NCBI GenBank assembly: GCA_951406725.2
Contig: OX597825.1
Location: 88,784,001 to 88,848,000 of the forward strand
Length of the DNA stretch: 64,000 bases
Source: Octopus vulgaris
Lineage: Eukaryota
Reading direction: 5' to 3'
Below the pieces are notes generated by a model that was given only the letters and a program-made list of their open reading frames with translations, ran no database searches and had not been told where the DNA came from. Shown here in pieces: positions 16,257 to 28,625 of the stretch. How positions within the stretch are numbered: position 1 is the stretch's first letter; each line of letters starts with the position of its first letter. The position numbers and the translations under genes are program-made.

Positions 16257-16417
16257 ACAAATAAATGTAATACATATCAGTTTCTGCATCCCATTCTCTT
16301 CACTACAACATCAGTTTCCCCCATCGTATGACGGGACACTATATTGTGCATAACACTTTTACAGTATTCATTCTTCTACACACACATTACACAGCATATG
16401 CTTTCGCTGTCTTGTAT

Positions 16418-16466
<49 letters not shown>

Positions 16467-17464
16467 CATACATACATACATACATACATACATACTAAGG
16501 CATGTATATCAAAACTACATTTAAATCTTCCCCAATATATAATGATACCGCAACAGATACATATTTAAGCGGGTTACAGTATTAGCTACATAAATGGAAA
16601 CGTCTTAGGGTGTAATATAAATATGAATGTGTGCAGATGCGTGTGTGATAGAGAGGGAGGCTTGAGAGATTGATAGCTAGAGAGAGATTAGACGGTAGTC
16701 ACCCTTTTCAATAGATTGTTCACTTCCGTCAGTACAATATGCTCTTAATTTTCCTATTACACTTTCAGTCAGATGATGTATTGATTTGAAACTTTTATTC
16801 GATCTTTTGTCTGTCCTCCATCAATGTGTCCTGGGAGCCTGATTTATTATCAAATATTTTTATATATTCATAAATTGCAGATTCGGTTGCTCACATTAAA
16901 ATTGTAGGAAGACAACAAAACAATTTCAACGTGTCTATTAAAATATATACTCAGCGCAATTTAGTTTTACATTTCTTTAGTGAGAGATTATAAAGTTATG
17001 AATAGAAATATTTCTTTATTTGAAGTGACACAACTAACCTTTCAGGAAAGTTCGTCTATTTTTCACAGGGCGTCGACATTTCTGATATTATATCTATGGC
17101 GTCGAGCCGAACGTATTGATCACAATATTATGTATTAAGCTGTTACTATGAGTATTAAGAGATGATATTTTCAAAATATGGAACGGTTTCTTTCACTTCA
17201 TTTCACTTTGAATATACATTTATTTGAATAGATATTAATTTTATTTGGGTTTTTTTATTATTATAGGTTTTTGATTCTTGTTTTTATTTGTTATTGTCGC
17301 ATATTTTTATTATTTTTATTGGGTGGGGCGGGGAAACTCATAAGCGTTTTATAGTGAGTTTATTCACCGCTGTCTAGCATACTCGTGTCAGTAGTGGACG
17401 GCAATGATGACGACGCAAGAAGGCTAGTAACATCATAAGTAAATATAACACAGACACACGCACG

Positions 17465-17517
<53 letters not shown>

Positions 17518-18382
17518 TGCATATTTACATCCACAAACATACAGTGACTAAATCAGCGTTTGACAGCATCTTGATAATTGTTACTTAGTTATCATTTTTT
17601 TTTTTCAAAATACAAACATTGTGATTCGAGTTCAAATCCAAGGCAGTAAGTTGATGTTTAAGACTTTACTAGTTATTCAGGCTACATACAAGAATGATAT
17701 ATTAATTTAAAGCTGTAGACGCCATAAGACTTTAGAAACTGCAAGAAAAATAATTCGAAAATAATTCGTATTGCGATCAGAGAATCACGAAGCGAATAAT
17801 ACTAAAAAAGAACGTTAACTTTTCTTACATTATATTATATTAAAATAATCCCGACGACCTTGCTGCACCAAGCAAGATACGTCTTGCACGAACTTCAGTT
17901 CAATCCCCGTTGTTTCATGACGATCGTCATTTGCGCAACGAGACAAACTGTACGAAGGGGAATTTTCCCAGAATTTTACATCTTATCAAAAGTCACATTC
18001 ATATATTTGATGTAATTTATCCACAAAGAATATTGGTATAGGCAAATGAGCAAACACGCTGGCAATTGTGAGCATACTGACCACTGTATGTATTACATAT
18101 ATATACATGTGTATGTCAGTAGTCTTGTATGTGTGTATGGGGGGGGGTCAACAGGTGAAGTAAAGACGCCTTATGAACAGACAAGGATAGACGATATCAC
18201 TCGATTTCTTTCTCAAATACGTTTTACAAGTTTTATTGTAGTCTGTGTGTCTAATCAGTTATACAGCGATTCTAAAGATATATTTAGTAAAGGTTTACAT
18301 ATGAGTATATTTATTGCATAGCAATGTGTGTATGAGTGTGCATGTATGTATGCATACACATTGATGCTTATACACACATACG

Positions 18383-18455
<73 letters not shown>

Positions 18456-18525
18456 AATGGGGAGTGGGGAGAGAGAGATACATATAGATAGACAACAGAT
18501 ACGCATATATACAAACATGCATAGT

Positions 18526-18566
<41 letters not shown>

Positions 18567-19393
18567 CAGATCATATATCAAATGGATTTCAAATGAAATA
18601 CAGCCACGAATGCTGACTGAGCAATTATTTTTCTTTACGCTCCAATAGATGTTAAACCAAATAATTTCATTGTCGGGACGAAGCCTTTTATCCTGATAAT
18701 TGAATTTATCCTATCCTATCTTAGATTTGTCTTTAATTTAAAATATGAATAGTCATACGACCCCGAACCACCAAACTGTTATTTTACTCTTTGTTTGTAA
18801 TGATATTTCTTGAAGTCGTTTTAAAGATTCTTCTATGGCGAAAACATTCGATTATTAGTTAGATGCAAGAACAACCAAACTGTATAATAATAACGTCAAA
18901 TTTATTTATACGCAGTGATGTTCACTCCTTTATCTAATATACCAAAGATATAACTACAGGAGTTGTCTTTAACGAGTATATGTTACTGACGCCATTGTAT
19001 AATTACGAACTGTATATTGACTGAAGTATTTAAAGATGGTTATTTTCGTGTCAGCCTATGTAGTACTGTACTGATGATCGTGTGTGCGTACGTGTTAGTA
19101 TATTTATATTTAGAAGAAATAACAGAGTGACTATCTAAATTACAGGAACGCGATGCTTCGCCGTCCGATCCCCTCCTACCCAGTCCTCTAACATCCATCA
19201 CTGCTATAGATCTTAGATACTCCACCCCTACTCACACATGACATCCCGTTGTCTTCTATCATATCTGATCTAACGAATTCATTCTACGACCAGCAAGGCT
19301 AGTGGAATCATGATGGTGTGTATGCCGTTGATTTTTGAAGGCTTCTAAATGTGGTTTATGCATTTTCCTCATGAAAACTTTTCAAATAATAAT

Positions 19394-19465
<72 letters not shown>

Positions 19466-19540
19466 ACAAGAATAATATTTGTCTCTTATTATAGAAACAA
19501 AAGGGTTTATAGGACTGCAAAAGAAGTGTTCAAATATAAA

Positions 19541-20715
19541 TTAGTTATAGAAGAAACATTAATTTGGAGTCATCGACTTTACATGCAACACCACCCATCA
19601 AACATTTAATCATACATAAAAAAACTACCATGATCTACAAACAAATTAAAAAAATAATACGTATACATAAAATCGCAGAATGTAAAAAAATATATTCTTA
19701 TATATATATATATATCCTTATAAAATACAAATAGTACGGCTTATCAAAAGATTTTATCAGATATTAAAATATTTTTAAAAATTATGTAAAATTCTTTTTT
19801 TTTTTATTATTAAAAATTATTTTTTGTTTTAAATATTTGAAAAAATCTTTCACTTTCCTCACATAGATACATCCAATGTTCATAAGTAGACAGACATCCA
19901 CAGGTTAAATCCATGTACATCTTGAAAAAAGTCTTTTACTCCCTTCACACAAATACGTTCAAAGTTCATAATAAACAGATATCACCGGTCAAATTCAACA
20001 TTCACATACATCTAAGTCCATTTCGTGAGATGACCACCGCAGTTTATTTACAATAAAGGGCATGACGGTGATGACCCCACATCTGAATAAACATAAAACA
20101 TTCGCAGATCAAAATTTTTACGAAAAGCTTTTACCGTTTGATAAAAGCTTATATAATTTAAGAAGATCCCATCAACGGACGAGTCCAAATTTTCTATTGA
20201 AGAAAAAAATTGCAAAACACGCAGGTGACTGTAGTTAACAGAAAATTAACATCGCGGTTTCAACTCCCCTGGCTCTCGAAATAAGGGGCCATTCCAGAGA
20301 ATAACTCTTATTATTCATCTTTAGATCGTGTAAATAAGATGCGAGTGCGGGAGATCTGCAGTATTTTTCGTTTGAGAATCAGCTCATGTGGGCCCTAAAT
20401 TTTAAAAAAATATATTTTAAACGTCAGATAAAATCTTTTTAGTCGGTGGACACTTATTTTATTTTTATCTTTATTTTATATTTGTCCAGTAGGCTTTTGA
20501 TAGTTTTGAATTTTGAGTCGTTAAAAGTAACTTTTTGATAGGCCGTTCTGTTTGCATTTTATTAGGATATATTTTTACGTTCTGTGATTTTATGGATACG
20601 TATTATTTTTATGTGTTTGTAGCCATTGGTGTTTTTTTATATATGATTAAATGTTTGAGGGGTCGTGTTGTATATAAAGTCGTTGACCCAAAATTAATGT
20701 TTGTTCTGTAACTAA
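19541..20715. mobile_element. ~1.2 kb element with long (~200-240 bp) degenerate terminal inverted repeats; putative non-autonomous DNA transposon
   Basis: 19541-19750 is the reverse complement of 20531-20715; mirrored ORF ends LVIEETLIWSHRLYMQHHPSNI (+) and LVTEQTLILGQRLYIQHDPSNI (-); internal ~85 bp direct repeat at 19848-20010. Confidence 0.7.
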
Positions 20716-20774
20716 TGCTTCTTTATATATATATATATATATACACACACACAAACATACGCACACACAGAGAA

Positions 20775-20960
20775 GGCGGCGAAAAGGCAAAGTTATTAGT
20801 ATGCTGAGTGAAACGCTTGGCAGCATTTCACCTGATTTCCGTTCTGAATTCAAAGTCTGGCACGCGGTCTACTTTGCCAGTTGTCATTTCGACGTTGATA
20901 AAATAAGCAACTTCTGAGCATTGAGGTCGATGTTATCGACTTCCCCACTTCCCCAACAAG
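20775..20960 (+). mobile_element. Degenerate tRNA-derived SINE (GGCGGCGAGCTGGCAGAA family)
   Basis: Similar to better copies at 54628 and 61091. Confidence 0.7.
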
Positions 20961-20999
20961 TTCACCAACCACCCACCCCCTGTCGGAACATCGTGGAGC

Positions 21000-21107
21000 T
21001 CTGGGTGCTTTCGTTCAATAAACACTCACAACACCCGGTCTGGGAATCGAAACCACAATCCTACGACTGCGAGTCCCGCTGCTCTAATCACTGGGCCATT
21101 GCCCCTC
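21000..21107 (-). mobile_element. tRNA-derived SINE head (second family)
   Basis: Minus strand ..AGTGATTAGAGCAGCGGGACTCGCAGTCGTAGGATTGTGGTTTCGATTCCCAGACC; homologous to 45230-45335. Confidence 0.75.
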
Positions 21108-21240
21108 ACACACACACACACGCACACGCACACACACACGCACACACACACACACACGCACACACACACACACGCATATGTATAGCAAATTAAATTCGTA
21201 GCTTATTAACAATTAGAAGCTAAAGGCAAAAATCAATACA

Positions 21241-21775
21241 GGTCACAAAAGTGATGTGAGGTGCTGACTGGCAGCATTTATGATAAAATAAAGAATTAAT
21301 TTAACTCCAGACCCATTAAGGTATTATACTTAATGACTGGCGATGGAAGGTAAATCTCTAGCTTATATAACGGTGTCGCGATTTCGAACATTTGCGTAGA
21401 CCACCATAATACTCAGCAGCGGCTCTTAACGCCTATGGTTAAACTCAACTTCCTTTGGCAATCTTATAAGAAAAACCATTGACATCATGTGCTGATTTTC
21501 AAAACGGTAAAAGTGTAAACAACAAATTAAAACGGTGGCTTATTAGCAATGAATACTTAAAGGCAAAATTAATAGAAGTTGGGTTTAACCCTGGGTATTA
21601 AGAGGCGCTGTCAAGAAATCAGATGATCGACACCAAAGTTCCAAATCGCGATACGGCTATATACGCTAGGGACTTACCTCCCTTCGTTAGTCATTTAGCG
21701 CTTTAATAGCTTTGGACTTAACTCTTATCTTAGCATGAGCAGGGCTAATCACCACCCTCTGTCACTTTTCTGACC
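21241..21775. mobile_element. Foldback/MITE-like element with ~210 bp degenerate inverted arms
   Basis: GGTCACAAAAGTGA pairs with TCACTTTTCTGACC; GGAAGGTAAATCTCTAGCTTATATAACGGTGTCGCGATTTCGAAC mirrors GTTCCAAATCGCGATACGGCTATATACGCTAGGGACTTACCTCC. Confidence 0.75.
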
Positions 21776-21783
21776 GCTCTCCC

Positions 21784-21827
<44 letters not shown>

Positions 21828-21831
<4 letters not shown>

Positions 21832-22000
21832 ATCCAAACAAGAAAACACAGAAAAAACCAGCAACGCGAGGACGTGGAACAATTAAAGTATTATTTGACG
21901 CTCAGGAAAGAAGGGAAGGAGGGTTTAACGTTTCGAGCGGAGCTCTTCGTCGGAAACAAGGAGAAGGAAAGATCCTGAGAAGGGAAGACAGAAGAAAAAA
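21828..22000 (-). mobile_element. Penelope-like terminal repeat fragment in a (TA)n tract; second copy at 44570-44747
   Basis: Two homologous copies in the window, both TA-flanked and carrying a minimal hammerhead motif; the PLE assignment is inferred from that motif. Confidence 0.6.
21923..21957 (-). ncRNA. Minimal type I hammerhead ribozyme motif (CCGACGA core variant)
   Basis: Minus strand GTTT-CCGACGA-A-GAGC-TCC-GCTC-GAAAC-GTT-AAAC: 4 bp stem I, 4 bp stem II, palindromic AACGTT stem III. Confidence 0.6.
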
Positions 22001-22001
22001 A

Positions 22002-22060
<59 letters not shown>

Positions 22061-22578
22061 CTGATGCGGCTATTTTTGTGTGTGGCTTTATTTCAGAATG
22101 ATCTTCTAGAGATAAGTTTCAGCAAAAGGTAACAGGTGCCTTGCTCTTCTCCAATGGTTTTCTAGCAGGCCGGACACCACCATCTCGGAAATTCTGAGGA
22201 CCTGCGATATTACCTGATAGTAGTTGAACCTACACTGAGATCATCCGTCCTTTTCACAGGTCTTGTTTTAGTGCTTCTGGTTATTTGACAAACGCCCCTC
22301 ACCAGGCGAGCAGAGTGGGGTACAAATTTAGTCACCAACGACCCGACTATGCAACAGGTACCCTGTCAACAGTAACACCCACGGGAAACCGCACAGGCGT
22401 CCTGACTCAAATATGCATATATGAATAGGTATACATTTAAACATATATATTCATACATATACACATAAACATACACATACATACAAATACATATGTATAG
22501 ACACACGCGCACACACAAACACGCACACATATGCACATATATAGGAATATAGATGGATTTATACGTACAGGCATAGAC

Positions 22579-22579
<1 letters not shown>

Positions 22580-22640
<61 letters not shown>

Positions 22641-22641
22641 T

Positions 22642-22706
<65 letters not shown>
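22580..22706. repeat. (AGAT)n microsatellite
   Basis: Direct reading. Confidence 0.95.
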
Positions 22707-22707
<1 letters not shown>

Positions 22708-24504
22708 AAAAAATGTTTATATATCTAAGTACATGTATTTTGAATGCGAGATATTTTGGGCGGAAGGGTGTATACACACTCTGGAAATGTATATTCTAGA
22801 CTCAATATTCTTAAGGCTATGTTAGATGTTTTTCTCTCCATTGTATGGTTCGTCGTTAATCTGTGCCGCTCCGATATTTCTCGGTAAACATCACTTTCAG
22901 GGATGTGGTATTTGTAATGCCGCATCGATTATGTGGTTTTTTGTTTGTGTCTGTCACAACAAGTTGAAGCCGTGGCTAATGTCTTTTGAACGACGTTCGT
23001 GGATGGAGTAAAATATTTTTCGACAGATATAAAGTACTGTGTTGTATTTATTTGATACATCTTAAAAAGCTATTATCCTATTAAGACTTTCAGAAATAAT
23101 TAAGAGAAATGCGTGTCTGGCCTATGTTTATATAAGACAAAACATGCTTCCAGGCTATAAGTTACCATCCTTTCTCTAATGTTTGATAGCTTGGATTTAT
23201 CGATATAACCATCTTTGAAATCTGATGACAGCCAGCCAGCCATCTGTCAGCGAAAATATTTTATCCTCTTTTTTTTTTTATTTTAGCTTGAACTTCCCGG
23301 TTATTTTAGCGGCCTTTTAGCCCGAAATATTGCATTATATCATAGCCTCATTCGCTTTGTGGCTCACGTGTACTTTAATCCCACCTAATTAAGCAGACTT
23401 ATGATTACGAACTTTCTATTTATAATCAATTCATCTTTTTCTCATGTATTGTAGATACTTTCTTAGAGATTCTTTCATACCCATTGTTGAAGATGCTAAA
23501 TTACATCCTATTCAAGGGAGATTCATTAATAAATTTAGGATCTAAATGTATTTGGAATGCAAAAGTTAACATTCGAGTTAAGCAGAGGATAGAAATATTT
23601 CCGTTACTTGTTGTTCATTCTAATTGATTTCTTAACGGTTACTTATAGAGCAGAAGTAAAATGAATTACCTTTAAATTTCCTCACTAATTCTGTGATACA
23701 TGCTAAAACCAAATCCTACTTTTTGCTTCTCTGAGCCAATAATATTTGCTTTTTTTTTTGCTTGTGAACACGCGAATCTGTCTTTGCTGTAATTTATAAT
23801 CTCATCTATGAGGTCGAACAAGTCAACACGTAATTTCGTTGTTGCCAAATATTTCTAGTTTTGAGGAATTTCACGTCAGAAATGCGAATATGATCAAGGA
23901 GTTTACTGAGTAATTATTTATCCTTTGCTTCCCTCCTCCAGCAAATACATTCTACCATAATGTCAGCACGACAAAAGCTTTATGCGGACACGGCTGGCAA
24001 ATAAATTGCATTGAGAGTATATAGTGTTTGTCGCAGCAGACTTTAACATGTAGTGTCGTCTTTCTCCTTATGACAGAAACATCTCACTAACCTATCATTG
24101 TCTACCCAATCGTCATGTTTAATTCAGTCTGTTTTTTTTTTTTTCTCCACATTCATGTTAGCAAAGTTCCTCACAGCGGAATGACTTTCTCTGTGGAAGT
24201 CCTTTGGGTAGAGATGTCTACTGTGTCCTCATAAAGTTGTAAATAAGTCAGAACTAGCCAATCGTTATTTGCCCTTGGGACAGTTCGAAATCTCCGCGAT
24301 ATTTACGAAACATGTTACATTATTTATATTTTCCCTTCAATCCTTTGTTGGTAAATAATCAAATATTAGAGGTAGTTTTTTCGTTGATTTAAAGTGATTT
24401 TGTAACGTGCTTTAAGATTTTAAATATACGATTTCATGAAGATTTAAGAAAGGTTTTGTTTTGTGCCAATTTGTTATTTTTTTCTTCATTGATGATGTAG
24501 ATGT

Positions 24505-24890
24505 GTATTATTGTCATCATCATTGTTCGACCGTGGCCGAGACAATAGAATTTACTATGTTACGCCAGACTTCACGGTCCATCATATTACGGAGGTCCTG
24601 TTGCTGGATGCCTGTATCCCTGGAGATTACATCAGGGTAGGAGAGTGTGCGACCTCTGGTATCACGAACAGATGGCTTCCAGAGGAGAAGAGTAGAAATT
24701 ACCTCGTTTTCAGCTCTACAACAATGTCCAGCAAACTGGTCTCTTCTACCTTTCACAAGAGATGATAGAGGGGATAATTTGCCATATATTTGTACTTTGG
24801 TTGGATGACGCTTCAACGAGAGATTTTGAGCTCTCATAACGAGGCGAGTGTAAGTTTAAGTAAGTTTAATATTGTAAGCGTTTCTGGATT
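24505..24890 (-). mobile_element. RTE-like LINE 3' fragment
   Basis: ORF 24520..24837 reads QFAGHCCRAENE..LLLWKP..RGR..DREVWR, typical of the RTE ORF2 C-terminus; short TGA-repeat tail follows. Confidence 0.8.
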
Positions 24891-25273
24891 TTTATTACTT
24901 TCTGTTAGAAGTTTATGTCCAGGTCTTGAGTTTTAGGTTATGTACTTCTGCTCCTTCACTTTTCAAACTTTGTATACACTCTATTTGACTCCCTAATTAA
25001 TTTTGATCTCTTCAATCATTTACAAAGTCAAATTGAACGTTGAAGATAATAAGTGCTGTAAGGCGTATATATAGATACACGCACGCACGTTCATAGTCCT
25101 ATATTGCTTTCGATGCACAGAAGAAATATTTTCCTGAAAACACTTAACCGAGTGACCAACAGAATTCATACAGAATCGATTTATGCAAGATTTAATTCAG
25201 AAACACAATCTCATTTCAGCCAACATTTGATTTTATATTGTTCTCTCGTTTTTATTATATTTGCATACACAAA

Positions 25274-25342
<69 letters not shown>

Positions 25343-25506
25343 CACGTACACACACACACGCAAACACTCACACACATACATACACACACATACTCACACA
25401 CACTAACGAACACGCACATATTTATAGAGACAGACAGATGAACTAGGTTTGTCTCGTAGCATCTCAATCAGCGTTTAATTTTTGGCAAAACATTCACAAT
25501 GGGTTC

Positions 25507-25600
25507 AGGCGTGGCTGAGTGGTAAAAAATTTGCTTCCCAACCACATGGTTACGGCTTCAGTCCCACTGTGTGGTACATTGCGCAAGTACCTTCTACTAC
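25507..25600 (+). mobile_element. tRNA-derived SINE head (GGCGTGGCTGTGTGGTAAG family)
   Basis: A/B-box-like head; related to 49628-49965. Confidence 0.7.
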
Positions 25601-25670
25601 ATATACATATGTATGTTATGTATACATTATTTACATTTGACGGATATTTGTCCTCATCTTGTTTGTTGTT

Positions 25671-25716
25671 AACACAACGTTTCGGCTTGTATACCCTCCA
25701 GCCTTCATCAGGTGTC
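25671..25716 (-). ncRNA. Minimal type I hammerhead ribozyme motif in a Penelope-like fragment (~25612-25770)
   Basis: Minus strand GACAC-CTGATGA-A-GGCT..AGCC-GAAAC-GTT-GTGTT: canonical core, 5 bp stem I, palindromic stem III. Confidence 0.75.
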
Positions 25717-25799
25717 TTGGGGAAATTTCGAACCTGCGTTCTCATTCCTAAGGTATTTTTCGATACTATCATTATCATTATTTTTATTATTATTATTAT

Positions 25800-27388
25800 T
25801 ACTTTTTTTTTTCTTCTTTCAAATTTGCTTCCATTTCTTGCCGAGTGTCTTCCCGACTCCTAGGGCAAAGAAACTCATAGTATACATTGGTAGGCCATTA
25901 AACCAAACTCAGTAGTTCGTTCATTTTTTTTTTTTTTTAAAGTTAAATTAAAATACATGAGCAGCAACAGTTCTCACATCGACAATGCTCTTCTCAATAC
26001 GTGTGATGTACCAGTTAAGACAATCTTTTGCACTTCTTGCAGGGATGGTAAGCCAGGGATCATTCTCATATAATTTTCGGTTCCCTTCTTGATCATTCCT
26101 AGTGCTCCTACGATCACTGGTATTGTAACCGCCTTGAGATGCCACATTTTCTCAATTTCAATGTGTAGGTCTTTATATTTTCTGAGCTTGTCAAACTCTT
26201 TCGCTGAGATATTATGATCACAGGGGATGCTCATGTCGATCAATAAGCAAACATTATTGTTTTGGTCTTTTACAACAATATCTGGTTTATTGGCCTTGAT
26301 GGTTCGGTCTGTATGTACTGGAAAGTCCCACAGAATGGTTACATTTTCTCCTTCAGTTACAGCCTCATTGTGGTGATTATACCACTTGTCGGCAGTTTTG
26401 ATATTGTAATGCCGACTTATTAGCCAGTGTAGATATTGGCCAACTCTGTCATGTCTTAATTTATACTCCACTGGTGCTAAGACTTTACATCCAAAGATTA
26501 GGTGGTCCACTGTTTCAATCATGTCGTTGCAGAATCGGCATTTTGGGTCTGCTCCATTTTTCATCACATTGGCCTGGTAGTTCCGGGTTAATAGGCTTTG
26601 ATCTTGAGCAGCCAGGATGAAACCTTCGCTCTCTGCATTTAGCCCTGAGCTCCGTAGCCACTGATGGGTTTGCTTCTGGTCAACATCAGCTTGTTTGCTG
26701 CTGGTCACATATTTGCCGTGCGGAGGTTTCTCCTCCCACCTATCAGCCAATTGCTCGTGCGCTTTCTTCATTGCCATCATTTTCACCTTCTTTGCAACAA
26801 TAGTCGCCGTACTTCCCTCGGGTTGTTCAGTTTGGGTATCCTGCACGAGATCAATAGCAAATGTTTTGCTTTCCTTTATGATAGAATGAAGCTTCTTTCG
26901 TCTCTCGTGATTTTCCACGAGCTTTAGCATCCAGTCATTCGATATTTCGAGATATTTGACCAGTCCAATTGTGGTTGTTTTGTAAGCTAGTTCAAATTGG
27001 ATCAGACCTCGACCTCCTTGGGCTCTGGGAAGGTAAAGGCGATCTACGTCTGCCTTTGGGTGGTGCATCCTATTACAACTCAGCAGCTTGCGTATTTTTC
27101 TATCTATATTCTTTACTTCACTCATATTCCAGTTCAACACATTGTAGCTGTAAGTAACAACTGGAACTGCTAAGGAATTTATAGCTAACACCTTGTTACG
27201 TGCATTTAGTTCAGATTTCAGGACTGCACGAACTCTCCTATAACATTCCTTCCTGATTTTCTCTTTCATGCTTGCATCCTGAATACCAGAGCCTTCATTT
27301 ATCCCTAAATATTTGTATGTTTGTTCTTGCTCAAGCTCTCTTATGACTGTGTCAACATCTAACACGACTGAATTTGTGGTCTTCACTT

Positions 27389-27389
<1 letters not shown>
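25800..27389 (-). mobile_element. 5'-truncated R4/Dong-clade non-LTR retrotransposon flanked by TAA repeats
   Basis: Long ORF plus ~170 bp 3' UTR; (ATT)n on both sides (25770-25801 and 27390-27450). Confidence 0.9.
25974..27386 (-). CDS. C-terminal 470 aa of R4/Dong-type polyprotein: end of RT (YKYLG), thumb, CCHC knuckle and restriction-like endonuclease; N-terminally truncated
   Basis: YKYLGI, RLYLPRAQGGRGL, CRFC..ETVDHLIFGC, RHD, KPDIVV..LIDMSIP..KLRKY, PVIVGALG. Confidence 0.9.
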   Translation of the reverse strand: MKTTNSVVLDVDTVIRELEQEQTYKYLGINEGSGIQDASMKEKIRKECYRRVRAVLKSELNARNKVLAINSLAVPVVTYSYNVLNWNMSEVKNIDRKIRKLLSCNRMHHPKADVDRLYLPRAQGGRGLIQFELAYKTTTIGLVKYLEISNDWMLKLVENHERRKKLHSIIKESKTFAIDLVQDTQTEQPEGSTATIVAKKVKMMAMKKAHEQLADRWEEKPPHGKYVTSSKQADVDQKQTHQWLRSSGLNAESEGFILAAQDQSLLTRNYQANVMKNGADPKCRFCNDMIETVDHLIFGCKVLAPVEYKLRHDRVGQYLHWLISRHYNIKTADKWYNHHNEAVTEGENVTILWDFPVHTDRTIKANKPDIVVKDQNNNVCLLIDMSIPCDHNISAKEFDKLRKYKDLHIEIEKMWHLKAVTIPVIVGALGMIKKGTENYMRMIPGLPSLQEVQKIVLTGTSHVLRRALSM

Positions 27390-27450
<61 letters not shown>

Positions 27451-27454
<4 letters not shown>

Positions 27455-27520
27455 TCACTGCTGGAATAGAACTCGGAATCTTGGGGTTAGTAGCCCGCAC
27501 TCTTAACCACTACACCATCT
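27451..27520 (-). mobile_element. ~70 bp tRNA-like retroposon directly followed by an (AAT)n tail
   Basis: Minus strand GATGGTGTAGTGGTTAAGAGTGCGGGCTACTAACCCCAAGATTCCGAGTTCTATTCCAGCAGTGACCTG then AATAATAAT; A and B boxes visible, acceptor stem not intact. Confidence 0.7.
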
Positions 27521-27629
27521 GTATGTATGTGTGTATGTATGTATGTATGTTTGTATGTATGTACGTGTGTATGTACGTATGTATGTATGTATGTATGTAC
27601 GTATGTATGTACGTATGTATGTATGTATG

Positions 27630-27830
27630 TGGGGTACCTCCTTCCTTGACAACTCGTATTGGCGTGTTTATATTTCCGTACCTTACACATAACACTTCGG
27701 CAAAACAGACCAATAGAATAAATATTAGGATTTAAATCATAAACACTGGAACCGATTTCTGCGACTAAAATTCTTCAAGGTGAACCCCAGCATGCCTGCA
27801 GTCTACTGAGTCAAACACGTAATAGGGAAC
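27630..27830 (+). mobile_element. Degenerate SINE 3' body
   Basis: Homologous to 49780-49965 (..CGACT..TTCAAG..CCCCAGC..GCAGTCTA..). Confidence 0.6.
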
Positions 27831-28625
27831 ATATATAGTGGACGTAGACTGTCTCCCGTTCAGATAAACATAAAATACTCAACTTAAAATGCGTTTTCTA
27901 ATTTGCAGTCTGCCATGCATGTCTGGCATGCATCATGTGCCTTGCAAACTGGAGTCGCCACCAGTGCTACACTTGTTCAACATCTACTTGTATAGAAAGC
28001 TTTTGTAAATATATATACCTCAACACCAGTTCTAAAGAACTAAGAGAAAGGAGCTTGCATGTGTTTGGATAAAATTCTATTAGGTACATCATGTTAAAGC
28101 AGCTGAGGGCATTGAGACTTTGTTATGTTAAAAACATATTTCTTTAATTTGTATTGTTGCCGCTTTTCGGGGATCAATGTGCCTAGTCGTGGAAGATTAT
28201 GCTTTTGCTCTGAAACATATTTGTGTACATTTTAGTAAGTGCCAAGCTGTTGGTTACGTCACTGTTTATAGAAGTTTGTTTCAACTGGATTCCAATATTT
28301 CGTTTATGGAATCAGAATAAAAAAAGACAATTGACAAACTTCCATTAAATACAACTGTGGTAACATTAACGCATGTCGACCGGCCCCACGGGGAAATAAT
28401 GCAAACTATGTAAATAGTGAATTGGTCGAACGATCGAATAAATGACAGACATTGAATAAGTAGCAGACAATAAGAGAATAAAATAAGTTCTGGGGGAGAT
28501 TCTTTCAAATAAACACTTCAAGGTAACGCCCTTCCCGCGCGATCATATTCTAACCACTGAAGCAAGGGGAGAGAATAAAGAAAGACAAAAAATAATGTCT
28601 TTGTGTGTGGCGAGAGGGGGGTGTA

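Noticed and set aside
22310-22410. Possible HDV-like ribozyme on the minus strand in a LINE 5'-like fragment
   Set aside because: P2- and P4-like pairings are visible but no convincing P1, P3 or P1.1 could be built by eye
23222-23256. CTGATGA..GAAA hammerhead-like string
   Set aside because: Stem II does not abut GAAA and no stem I/III or NUH arrangement is present
27451-27520. Functional tRNA gene
   Set aside because: Acceptor stem is not formed and it is directly followed by an AAT tail; treated as a retroposon
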